A DNA stretch of 64,000 nt, from the NCBI GenBank assembly GCA_965287045.1, contig OZ336876.1, positions 26,722,001 to 26,786,000 on the forward strand, written 5' to 3'. The DNA is from Carcharhinus amblyrhynchos. Taxonomy: Eukaryota. The notes under the pieces are model-generated. The model was not told the origin of the DNA. It ran no database searches and saw only the letters and a list, made by a program, of their open reading frames with translations. A program made the position numbers and the translations under genes. This document shows positions 1-11,883 of the stretch, piece by piece (position 1 is the stretch's first letter; every line of letters starts with the position of its first letter).

Positions 1-255
1 GGGACGTCCCTGGTAACATATAAGGATGTGGATGATACTCATGTTTTTCTCTTTTAATTCACAGGTGCTTCAGTCCGCCTTGTTGTCCAACGAGGGGCAT
101 ACATGCGATGGGTTGTACGAGGGCTGCTCTTGGTTGTTTCGAGAATAGCCTAGTACTTCATGTCGTTAGTGTACGCTTAAACTGGACCAGCTGCTGGGCA
201 ACGCGACAGCTCAGTGACTATCACTGTTTACTGTGCAGACACATGGATTTGGGCC

Positions 256-515
256 AGTGTCTGTGGGAGCTTGCGCATTCTCCCCGTGCTTATGTGGGTT
301 TTCTCCGGGGGCTCCGGTTTCCTCCCACACCCCAAAGATGTGCTATTAGGCTGACTGGAGTAATAAATTGTCCCTAAATTAGTTTTCCCTCAATGTGGAA
401 TTCCATAAGCATAGATTAGGGTCATGGGTGGAGGGGGAACTCGTAATGTTAAAATGGCGGTGCGGACTCATTGGGCCAAAGGGCCTGTTTCCCGGGCTGT
501 TTTGTTCTTTGACTA
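256..515 (+). mobile_element. V-SINE (HE1-like) central domain and CR1-type tail, with an atypical 5' region
   Basis: GTCTGTGGGAGCTTGCGCATTCTCCCCGTGC...GGTTTTCTCCGGGGGCTCCGGTTTCCTCCCACACCCCAAAGATGTG matches the central domain of the SINE copies at 53169, 55161 and 62911. The 3' part GACTCATTGGGCCAAAGGGCCTGTTTCC resembles the CR1-derived tail. Confidence 0.7.
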
Positions 516-1477
516 AAGTGATGATAGAAGGATCTAGAACATTTTGGTTAGCTTTTTATCAATGATAAAGCAACTGTTGCTCAACTGTCCAAGCAGACAA
601 AAACTTGGGGTCAAGTTTTCCTTAAGTATTTCCTGATTTAGCAGACCTAGCTTAAAGTGCCCAGTCACACCCATTTTTTGCACTGTGGGTATGGGAACCA
701 AATAGTCAGGCTCACTAATCCTACAAGTAGATCCAATAACCATGGGGTGAAACGAGTGCCAAGGCGGCCTGGTTAGAAGGCCCACTTTGCTAGTCTAGGG
801 CTCTGTCCCAGTTGTAATAGAATAAGTTAGATCCTCCAGCCCTCACAAGCATTTCCCCTTGGTTCCTCTTCCCCTCCATGCCAACTAAATCCGCCCAGCC
901 ATGCAATTTATTATAACCATTTAATCAAGCAAGGGACCAGAGGAAGTGGCTTGGAGAGAGTTTGAGTTGACATGGAGAGTGTATGAGGACTAGGTAAGAC
1001 CATTGAAGATCCACAAACCCCAATTCATAGAAAATCTGACTCAGCTTCATGAAACTCCTCTTGAATGCTTATCCCCACATCAAAACCAACCAGGGCAGGA
1101 GCACAGGGTACAGGCTTACTACCATACACATCAAACACTGGCAGGAATTGTTAACATTGAAGTGGGGTTGTGGTGGGGAGTCAAAAATCCCAGAATTGAG
1201 ACCCACCTACTTTAAAATAGTTCCCAAAAGTTCATTACAGATACTGAGACTTCAAAATAGAATATGGAGTCCTCTTCTCTCTATTCAGATGCACATCAAA
1301 GATATAACAACATTGCTTCAAAAGCAAGGAGTTCTCTTATGCTATGCTGGTCAACAATACCAAAATTGAAAATAAAGTAACTGGTTATTTGTTGTGTGTG
1401 GGATTTTGCATAAGGGCAGTGCTTATTTAGGAGACAGTTCTTTTCAAAAATAATTCATTATTTGTGGAACATTAAGG

Positions 1478-1835
1478 GAGGTGATGGCCTATCACCAGAC
1501 TATTAATCCAGAAACTCAGCTAATGTTCTGGGGACCTGGGTTCAAATTCCGCCACAGCAGATGGTGGAATTTGAATTCAATAAAAAAAAACTGGAATTAA
1601 GACTCTACTGCTGACCATTGTCGATTGTCAGAAAAACCCATCTGGTTCACTAATGTCCTTTAGGGAAGGAAATCTGCACTCCTTATCTTGTCTGGCTGCA
1701 TGTGACTACAGAGCCACAGCAATGTGATTGAATCTCAACTGCCCTCCAAAGTGGTCTAGCAAGCAATACAATTCAAGGGCAATTAGGGATGGGCAATAAA
1801 TGCTGGCCCACATCCCATGAATGAATAAACAAAAA
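1478..1835 (+). mobile_element. tRNA-headed SINE whose 3' tail is shared with the LINE at 31925-32546
   Basis: B-box-like GGGTTCAAATTCC at about 1538. The tail AAGGGCAATTAGGGATGGGCAATAAATGCTGGCC...CATCCCATGAATGAAT recurs at 32474-32540 and, more decayed, at about 58840-58900. Confidence 0.75.
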
Positions 1836-4800
1836 TGGAGCTATCCCCATGACATTAAATATAGGAGGTTTAAACAACTGTTCAAACCTAATTCCATAGA
1901 ATACATTCATCAAACCTGCTGAAAAATTGACACAAGCATTTAAGCTCTTTATTACAACATCACTGCTGTTAAATTGCATTGGGCTGTATTAAAGTTTTAC
2001 ATTTTCACTCAAGAAAGTTTACAATGTCAAAAATGAAATGTTAATAAATACATCAATAAACAATTAAGAAAAATGCTTTAAGCTGCACAGTGCATATTAA
2101 GACTTTAATGTTAGCTCTTCTCACAAGGTGATAAAGTCATGTCATGGATTATTTACAAGTGACGCAAGCACACAGTCTATCAAAATGCCACATAGTCCTT
2201 TGGATGCAAATGGAAAGAACGGCAGCAATTCAAAGGTGTTACCTGCGTAAACATGTAATTGTGTTCAATACACAGGATGGATCCATTTTCCCTTATTTAA
2301 TGAGTTTACAGTTTGGTAGGAACATCAGGAAGAAAATTTTGCTGTGCTTACAAAATCATGGAATGATTAATCATCACGAATAATTCTTGATTGAAAAGTG
2401 TCCGTTATTATTCAATCATGTTTTGTAGTGCTTTTATGGGACTGCACTGGATGCCTTCGTTCAGAAGAGTCAAGTACTTGCAAAATTGAGGTGGGATGAA
2501 TCAGAAAACTTGTTTCCAGTCACATAGTTGCTCATTCCAGTGCTTTACAATGATCATTGCAGCTGTGCCATTAATCGTAAAGCAGGTTCTTGAAGTTTCT
2601 ATCTTCACAAGATCATCTTCCTCTTGCGGTTCAAGTGGCTTTATCACATAATGAATAATAGTTTGATCAAAAATATTAAAAATGTTTCCAATTTGTCATT
2701 TAAAAAAAGTCTGAAAGTAACTGAAAATATTTCAGTTTATTTCTAAATGTATGGTCAGAACCCACACCACAATGCAATTGAACAACGTGAACATTTACTG
2801 CTAACGCCTTGCATTCACCTCTTTATTTACATGCTGAGGCTTTAGATTGACACCTGAATCACATGGCACTACATGCATTGGTTGCACTGACAGTGCAATA
2901 GGCAAACATTTTTATTTCCATGTATATTATATGAGCTGGAAGAGTCACAAATATATTAACAGTCCAACACTAGTGTTTGGTTTCCATTATTAATATTACA
3001 GATTCTGAGCACCACTTGGCATTGAGTTCTCTCTGTTTTAGGGTTCAACATCTTGTATGCATAACATCTACAAATTACATAATGCACAGTGCTGCTTATA
3101 ACCTGACATTACTGTATTGTTCCCGTGATGCTATGCCATCTGAATATCGCTTTTACATCTTGCATTCAACATATCAGTTTGACCGTGGTCAGCATGTCTC
3201 CCACACTGCAGTAAAAATGTTACAATTTTTTGAAAAACAAACCAACTATGCATTGAGAATAACAAAAGATGGCTACAGACTTTGAGGGAATAATTCAATT
3301 TCACACATTGTGGACAACCGGAGCAAAATTCAACAATGTCATTCATGGGGTATCCACATGCCAGCTTTAAGGGCCAACACTTTAGTGCTTTGCTGTGCTG
3401 TATGAAGGTTGTACATGTGCAGTGATTGACAGACCACATCAAACTGGAGGGGCAATTCTCCAATCACTAGTAGCTGATGGTTTGGCATCCAAACTGCAAA
3501 TTACACTATAAATGTGATCTACTGCAATCAGGAGCCAAGGAAAAGGCAGCAAGTGAATGGCTGCAATATGACATCCTATGATGGAATCATCACATGATGC
3601 CATATATTTGGTCAAGCTCCTCTACCTCCTGCGAAAAGCAAAGTTTTGTCCATAAGAATGTTCTGTTCAAGTAACTACTCTGATTACCAATGACTTTTAA
3701 CTACGGTGTTCTGTCTTCATGTGAATGTACTAATTGTCATGACATCACTACAATGTCATGGCATTACAACCACTACCAACTTAAGACTACTAAATTAAAT
3801 AGAAGCAGACAAAAGTTTGGAGGTGTAATATCTCCGAACCTCAGGAGGATTTCGCTCAGCTCACTTATTACATTGTGAATAATTACATAAATAAGTTGGT
3901 AGTGCAACACAAAATTCAACTAAGTATTTTTACTGCCCTGTAGAGGACATCAGAAATGATAAGGGTCTCATCTACTAACTACAGCAACATGCATCAACAT
4001 TTTCAATCCTCCCTCTCGCCAACTCAAAGATTAGCACGGATATGGAATCGTTGAATGGTTACACACAGAAGGTGGTCATTCAGCCCATGGTGTCTATGCC
4101 ATGTCAAACCAAAATTACCTTTGTCTAATTAAGGCAACGCCATTGTTAAACTGTATCAACAGCACACTGACTGATTATTCAAGTAATGCATTAGCAGAGC
4201 CTGGTAATGACTAAGAATGAGTTAATCAAACCAGATTTAAATTTAAACTATACCCAAAATACAGTCTAAAACATACTCAGTTGACTAAGTGTGAGAACAG
4301 GATAAACAAGCTGGAAAGCAACAGAATCTGCATATGCAATACTGTGGAATAGATTGAAGTTTTCCTTTGAATCAGACCATTTATAACCAGAGCGGGCATA
4401 TCTGCACTAAACAAATGAGGTAACATGGGTACTGGTAAGGCCATTAAAAAAAATTACATGTGGCATAACAAAAAGCAGACAGTTACAATGGGAATAGACA
4501 CCTTGTAAATTTGACCTTGGTAGTTGATGGGCAACACAGTAAGCCTTTGTGTAATTGTACTGATTTAATAGATATCTCACAGCTCAAACTCCAACAGCTG
4601 TAGTTCAGCAGTTGATAATTCTGTACTTCAACATCAGCACACGAGGGCAGAATTCTAATTTATAACATTTGTTTGGGTTAAATAAGGAATCACTTAGACT
4701 GGAAGTGCGTGCTATTTTTATATATATTCAGACCATGATTTAGCAGCATTAAGTTTTCTGTTCAAGTCACCAGACTTGACAAAAAGGATATTCAATTGAT

Positions 4801-5511
4801 ATACATGGATCTCACATGCATTCTGGTGACATCCCCCGGGCCACTGATTCTGTATTAAATGTCATTGTAGTTAACAATGGGCACTATATTGTGCAGAAAA
4901 AAAGCAGCGCAAGTTGTTTCATGTGTGTTTTGCAATACAATGATGCAAATCAAGAATACATTAATGGAATACACTGTCAAGATATTTTGACCCCAAGTTG
5001 AAAACATTTGTTGTTTCATGATGGATTGATCAAATTAAAATGCTGTAATGTCATGGGCAAATAGTTTTGTGCATTATGGAATTTAAAGTGGCAGAACAAT
5101 AGATTTTGATTTTTATCTCATTTCAATTGTGAAAATATGTCTAAACATATAAAAAATTTATGCTTCAGTTTAATTTTAAGTTTTTATTGTAAAAGATTCT
5201 GCATCATTAATTTGTCACCATATTTAGTTTGTAAAGTGGTTTTTCAGCAATGAGATTTCATAATTGGACAAAGAAATGTAACAAGGGGCCACTACAAATT
5301 AATCGCAAACCTCACCGGAAACAAGTGCTTCAATGAAAGTGATAGTTGTTGGACCGCTGCTCGTCATGCCACTGATGTTATGTTATGATAGCTCCTATCA
5401 TCACAAAGCAATTAAACATTTGACCAAACTTGAACAATTTTCAATCATGTATAATATTCATGAAAGAGTAATCCTCTCCACACAACTTTCAGCAGTACAG
5501 CCTTCATCATT

Positions 5512-5710
5512 TGTCCCCTGGGGAGCTCTCCTAAATCCCTCCACTTTGTAATCTCACTATCATCTGACAAAAGCCTAAGCAAAATCCACCTCTTCGATCA
5601 CGTGTTCAGTCAGCAACCCTAGTCCTTCTTGTTAACAGTCCAATCTCCTGTGCATTTTGCCTCAGTGTGACACTGGGAAGGTCTATTACAAAAGTGCCAG
5701 TTATTGTCAT
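5512..5710 (+). mobile_element. Decayed L2-like LINE 3' end
   Basis: CTCCTAAATCCCTCCAC...AAAATCCACCTCTTCGATCACGTGTTCAGTCA resembles the L2 3' ends seen inverted at about 24.1 kb and direct at about 63.4 kb. Confidence 0.45.
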
Positions 5711-5875
5711 TCTCTGTGGAGGACTCAACCAATAGTCTTATACACAGAATAGGACTGTAACAAATGGTGAGCAGCTCTTCAGCAATCAACATTAAGCACA
5801 CGAGCAACAAAGTTTCAAAATGTGATCTGGTGAATTCCTAAAAACAATTTTCTGCAAGTCCCTTTAGATGCCTGA

Positions 5876-5919
5876 TTAGTGAGCTTTAATCAGTGCCGGG
5901 ACTGATTAAAGCTCACTAA
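5876..5919. repeat. Perfect 19-bp inverted repeat with a 6-nt loop
   Basis: TTAGTGAGCTTTAATCAGT-GCCGGG-ACTGATTAAAGCTCACTAA; the arms are exact reverse complements. Confidence 0.95.
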
Positions 5920-5985
5920 CCCTGATATATGCCAAGTTCCAACTCTCAGTCATGCTACTTTGAAGTGCTTATTTAATGGGGAATT

Positions 5986-6297
5986 AGGAGGTCTTGAGGT
6001 GCAGTCGGTAGCATCACTGCCTCTGTGCCAGAAGCCCCACATTCAAGTCCCACCCCAGAACATGTCGGCCAAGGAATGTGCGTTCATAACACGGTTAAAT
6101 GTGCAAATCCCTCCAAACGCATCAATGGCTGGCGCTGAGAGGGGGAGACTCCTGGTCAGCCTCGCTTGATGTGGTGTGGCACCACTCAAGCTAAAAGCTC
6201 CTGGCAACACACTAGTGAACTGTTCCAGGAATTGCTAGTGATGGAAACAGGCGAACATTTGCTTTTGTACACTACTAGGTGCAGGAAGAAAATTAGA
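5986..6297 (+). mobile_element. tRNA-headed SINE, family not recognised (other copies at 23528-23720 and 26580-26680)
   Basis: A-box-like GGTGCAGTCGGTAGCATCACTGCCTCTG and B-box-like CATTCAAGTCCC. The body GGCCAAGGAATGTGCGTTCATA...GGGAGACTCCTGGTCAG...GCTTGATG..GTGGCACCACTCAAG matches the reverse complement of 23530-23710. Confidence 0.65.
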
Positions 6298-6943
6298 ACT
6301 GGAATTTACTGAGGAGCAGCAAATACTCGTGGGTAAGAGCCCGCTTCATTCTCAAGTACCTAGCTTAACAGCATTCAAGAACCAGGCTAGTGATCTGTTC
6401 CCTTGGTCACAGCAATCTATGAAAGCAAGAAATAGGGTTTTTGAAAGATATTTTGCATGAAAAAGGAAATCTTCATCCAATAATCTAAAGCCGCTGAACA
6501 TCTGCAAAAAACACAGTTCAGTTGTTTTCATGAATCTTTTAACAAACAGAACTCTCAATACATCAGGGATATTGAGTGTGTTTAGGGTATTTCTCGGGTG
6601 ATTAGGCTATGGTTTTAACAGTTTACAATAGCATCTCTCTGGTCTGTCTAGTTCCAGAGCTGCTTTTATGGATGGCATCTTCATTTTATCAATGCAGAAT
6701 TAAGTCGTAAAAGGATACTTGAAGCTTTGCATCTTGCACTTAGGACATTTTGCAATACTGATATAAAGGGGGGAAAAGCAATTTGTACGACTCAAGAAGA
6801 TAGTGCTGACTGGCTGGCAAGTGGCCTCCAGAAATCTTTGACAAATTTCTCTTTTCAGCATTTTCGAAGAAAGAGGAAAATATCTTCCGCTATGATACTA
6901 AAAGCCAGATTTGTATAAAGCTATCACTGCAATAGAAACTTAA

Positions 6944-7318
6944 CAAAGAACATCCACACTCCAGATATAGGCCATTCGGCCCATCAAGTCTGCACCAACT
7001 CACTGCAAGAACATCCCACCCAGGCCCTCTACATCTATCCCTGTAAACCCATGCATTTACAATGCCTAATCTACATCTTTGAACACTAAGGGGCAACTTA
7101 GTGTAACCAATCCATGATTGGCCATGCTAAATTGGGTACATTAACAGAGTAAATACATGGGTTACAAGGATAGGGCCTGGATTGGGATCATTGCTGGTGT
7201 AAACTCAATGGGCCAAATGGTCTCTTTCAGCACTGCAGAGATTCTACAATTCTATCATCTTTGCATTGTGGGAGGAAACAGGCGCACCCAGAGCAAATCC
7301 ATGTAGACTCAGGGAAAG
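6944..7318. mobile_element. Minus-strand HE1-like SINE (6944-7114 and 7256-7318) interrupted by a plus-strand 5'-truncated copy (7115-7255)
   Basis: The minus copy reads GGCCATTCGGCCCATCAAGTCTGCACC...GGGCAACTTAGTGTAACCAATCC. It is followed by the plus copy TGATTGGCCATGCTAAATTG...GCACTGCAGAGATTCTACAATTCTAT, and then resumes with CATCTTTGCATTGTGGGAGGAAAC. Confidence 0.8.
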
Positions 7319-8778
7319 CTTATCTTTTCAACTAAATAGTAAGGACTTGTGAAAAAGAACATGTGTGGAAAAACGTAGCTAAATTTTAAAAGCCTGGAAC
7401 AGATAGTGTTCTCATAAACTAAGTTCTCATTTGAGTTTATTATAGTCTAGTGAAAAACTTAACGATCGCTATTCTGGAGACAACTTCAGCAAATTCATGA
7501 TCAGACTGCATATTTGTGCAACAATTCCAGTAATTATTTATCCCAGTAAAATCTGAGGTTTGTTTTTAGTGTTTTCTAAGACTTTTGAGAATGTTTGTGG
7601 ACCTTGGCTTTGGAGATTATTTCACTCAACTGCTTTATTTTTCAGGCCAGATTTTATTACAACGGCAGCCTAGGGTTGGTAATTGTGGGGTGCAAAGTAC
7701 AAGCCAAGGAATGCAAACTGCACCTTCTCCCAAAACAGCAAAGGTCTGTCAATTATATGCAGAAACATGGCAATTTCAGGATGGGGATTATGCAGAGCAG
7801 GAATGCCCATTTTCTCAAAACTTTACATGTGGCCAGGAGACCCAACAGAACATTAAGAAAACTTACCAAACCCTACTTCACATGAGATTGGCCTTGTACT
7901 CAATGTGACCTCAAGCAATGGGAGGCAACTTCCCATGGGAGTTCTATAATGTTTGGTCAGTTTGGGCTCGCGTTATTTACATGTTGCTTTACAATTCAAT
8001 TAATTACACTTATTTTAAATGCAGTCAATTGTCCATATTTTCTTTCTTTTGCAATTTTACTCATTGTATAGTGTGCAAAACCTCACATTAATGGGATTTA
8101 TCCCCTTTACAGCATGAGGCTTTCATCTTTTAATCTAAATGAATTCTGTGTAGCTCAGTGTGCCCAAGTAGTGATTTTCAGCTGTCTGTTAGTGTTGTGT
8201 GGTGGCATGAACTCAAAAGAAGTGCAAGCTAATGGATGTTTTATGTTTGAAGGAATTGAGGATTCAAAAAAATACATCACACAGAACATGGATTTTGAAT
8301 CTTTAGTTTATAGGGTTAAGTAAAGAAAATAGACATCTTCATGGACTATGAAAGGAATGAGAAGCACAAAGGAAGATAGCTGGTGTTGATGAAGCACTAG
8401 TTAGTGGTTTAATTACAAAATGAGCTTCAAAAATTCCTTTGCAATGTTACTTGCAAACTAAAGCTAACAGGAATATCAAAGAGGTCAGTGTGACTGATGC
8501 ACAAATCATGGTCCAGCACTTGCTGAAAAAATACCAATAAGTTTCCTGCGCTTACCATCATTAGTCTGTAAACAGCCCAGGAATTTGTGATTGAGGAGGA
8601 GATAAACTGAACTGTCCAGCAATTTATGACAACTTACAAGTTCTATCATTCCACCATTAGCCTAGTGAAAATGGAGATCATCAAGAAATTGTTGTATTTG
8701 TGCTCTTAAAATAAATCAAACTTGCTGCAGATTCAAGGTTGGTATTAATTGACAAAGACAACTTTTATAATGTGATTT

Positions 8779-8880
8779 AATGGGATTGAGGGTTATAGAT
8801 AGGCCTGGTAGGTAGGGATATGATCGGCGCAACTCGTAGGCCGAAGGGCCTGTTTGTGCTGTGGTGTTCTATGTTCTATT
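8779..8880 (+). mobile_element. CR1-clade LINE 3' terminal fragment
   Basis: GATCGGCGCAAC..GGCCGAAGGGCCTGTTTGTGCTGTGGTGTTCTATGTTCTAT is the same terminus as at 29938-29996 and 42121-42180. Confidence 0.75.
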
Positions 8881-11547
8881 TGTATACACTGACGTTCAAC
8901 CTCTCTGACCCAAAAATTAATCGAAACTATAGTCACATTCCTGTGGACAGTAAGTTGTTCTTGAATGTTTCTAAAATTAAATTATTTATCTTAGTTTCCA
9001 CTTCAGTTTTTCTTAATCCAATCTCTCACTATTTTGCCTTCTACAGAAGCCTTGACTCTAATTCACACCATTTTCTTCTCCTCTATTCTCTTCTATGCTT
9101 AGATCTCAACTGGTACACCACTGGCCCTATTGTTTACCAAAGGCCCAGATATCCTGACCAGTTATCAACTCATACTTCCAACAATTTGGGAAACAGATCT
9201 AACAAATGGGGCATGGTGTAAAATGCCTTACTCCAACAAACCGTGGGCCAACATATTCTCCAAAAGAAACAAAAATACAGGACAAGAATGAAGGTTTGCA
9301 GTAAATTACAAAAGTTACAGATTGCATCAATTTACCAAGTCAATTGTGCATGAACTTCATGCACCGGAAGGGGAAGTACAGAGTTTTGAACTCTTATTCC
9401 ATATGTAATAGCTATTATACAAGACTGACCTAGATTTTTGCTCCTTCCCACTTGAGAGAAATTCTGGTTCAATTGCAATTTGCAAGGTTATCCTAAACAG
9501 TTGCAACTAACTGGGTTCCATATTTTCTTAATGATGCAATGAGATTAAAGCTAATCTGTGAAACACTGACAAATTGCATGGAATGTACAGGTGATGTAGA
9601 ATCTACACTAATTACCTAGTTTCTTGTTCAAGGGCTCGGGAGGGATGACATTAAGTTAGTCCTTGTGTGCTGATGTTGTACATCGAGGGCACAGCAAACA
9701 CTGGTAATCTCTTAACAATGAAACTGTGCGCTGGCATAAAAACTTAATAAGAATCCCACATAACAACGTAAATATAAACAAATACTGGACAATGAAAGTT
9801 TAGGCTCTAATTCAAAGTTGGTTGATGAGGATTCCATTCATAACTACATGATTCAGGTTTTGTTTTTGTGGTTTAAATCCAAGCAAATCAGTTGTACTGC
9901 TATATAATCAATACAAGATATTTGCTCTGCTCTCGGTCCCAGAATATGCCATGGGACATGATGTACTAATCACCTCTTTCATCACCACTTTTCCAAAGCA
10001 GTTAACAAAACCCTTTGTGCATTGGCTGAAATAACAGAGAAAGGGATTTCATGCAAACACAGCAAGCACTTGAATACTAGTACTGAACAATTTCAGAGAC
10101 TGTGTAATAACATGTTATGAATGCTGGTAGATGACAGTACATTACAATTGAGTTATTTTTACATATAGTAAAATTGCCCTTGTGAAAATTAACTTGAACT
10201 GATCCCTGCTTTATTATTGGGCATATATTTGATAGTGATTAAGACAATAATCCCAAAAGGATTCAAAAGAGATAACCAGAGTAGAGTTAGAATGTTATTT
10301 GTATATCTATCACGTGTACACAAAATAAATTGAGTAATTCACAATAACTTAATAGTTATTTCACAAGGGAAATGTTGAATGTTATTTCCAGTTTAATCTT
10401 CGCCCTACCAAGTTTAGAGTTTGCCTCCACTTGCATTGCCCAGTCTGTTTAAACAGTTCTGTACTTTGGTTTATGACAATGTGCTCTGTATCATTAATCT
10501 GCACCACAGTGCAACAAGTATTGTCACATTATCCCTGCCAATTTTATCAAGCATTAATAAACACTATCACAGGGATATAATAGTCAGTAAAAATTCCTGA
10601 TGTTGTAAGTCACTTATCTAATCAGGTATTAGAAAACAAAATGAAGAAATTCAACATGTAAACTCCAACTGGTTTTGATGCTAGCATGCTAACAATCCAA
10701 AATGTTTTATCCACATCTCAAGTTCATACATTAATACTTCAACCCAGAATGGCCATGTTTACTGCAAATGCCAGGGAACCCACAACTTCTCAAATATAAA
10801 GAGAAAATGCTGGAAATACAGAGAAGGTCCATTAGTATCTGAGGAATTCAGGCTAGCATCTGTAGTGCAGGACACCAATGAAAAGCAATTTCTTTAGGAA
10901 GATTCTCTCAAATCGACCCCTGTAATTTGTTGTCACTGCCAATCTACCAACAAAATTACGGCGTGCACTTGGAAAAATTCAGTGTTAATATTTGCAGATG
11001 GAAACTTAACTTGAATCATCCTTCCCACCGCCCTCACCACTAACTGACCTCCTTTGTATCCAACGTACCACAACCTTCCGACAGGGCATTTCACATCCAA
11101 AGACCTCATTCTGACTTTGGGTGACAGCTATCTGACCAGGCACCCATTATGCATCACCTCTGACTTTTTAAAATAAAGGAGATGTATAGCAGGCAGCTTA
11201 TTTAATATTAGTTCATTTTAAACTATCACCCAGAGTTGATCAGTATCCCACCTTGCCCCACATTTCGGTGCACGTGGTGGTAGTCTCCAGAATTGCAGGC
11301 TTCCCACCTGGGAATGGGTGCATGCTTAAAAAAATGCAGGGCACCAATTCAAGGAGGTAGCAGTGGAAATGCAAACTGTCCACTACCACCACACGGCCCC
11401 TTTTTGAGGGAGACTGTGGTGTTTTATTGTACTTACAATCCTGATTGATTGAAGTAAATAATAAAAAGGTGGCATGGTCTGAGAGGGGAATGCCAGAGTG
11501 GCTGGGGGATGATGTCAAACTTCTAGCTGTAGCCCGATGTTAGTAGG

Positions 11548-11819
11548 AAAGTTTAGTTTGCTTATTAGTGTTGCAGGTGGGCTTTCATTAACACTGCAAT
11601 GAAGTTACTGTGAAAATGCCCTGGTTGCTGTATTTCGGCACCTGTTCGGGTACACTGAGAATTTAGCATGGTCAATGCACCTAACCAGCATGTCTTTTGG
11701 GCAGCGGTAGGAAACCGGAGCACCCAGGGAAAAAGGTGCAGACTCCACACAGACAGTGAACCAAGCTGAGAATTGAACCCTGGTCCCTGGCATGGTGAAG
11801 CAGCAGTGCTAACCACTGT
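11548..11819 (-). mobile_element. V-SINE with HE1-like head and an alternative 3' tail, in the presumptive KBTBD11 3' UTR
   Basis: The minus strand reads CAGTGGTTAGCACTGCTGCTTCACC..CAGGGACCAGGGTTCAATTC (A/B boxes), then the V-domain, then the tail GTGTACCCGAACAGG...TTTTCACAGTAACTTCATTGCAGTGTTAATG. That tail is shared with 16972-17186 and 59311-59504. Confidence 0.85.
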
Positions 11820-11883
11820 AAATGAGGGACAATGAGGCTCTCCTCCCTCTCTTTCCCTGTCTCTCACTCTCTCTGCCTAGCCC

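Noticed and set aside
13-64. Possible 52-nt GT-AG micro-intron at the window start
   Set aside because: The donor is weak (CTG|GTAACA) and the length is below the usual vertebrate minimum; only the acceptor is kept as an observation.
7585-9221. Assorted 60-130 aa ORFs in AT-rich DNA (e.g. 7585-7908, 8820-9221, 36008-36349, 40376-40699)
   Set aside because: No recognisable homology, codon bias or splice context; consistent with chance ORFs.
900-11430. Assigning the KBTBD11 poly(A) site
   Set aside because: Many minus-strand AATAAA hexamers (e.g. near 11425, 10212, 7440 and 2824) occur in AT-rich DNA, and I cannot choose among them without transcript data.
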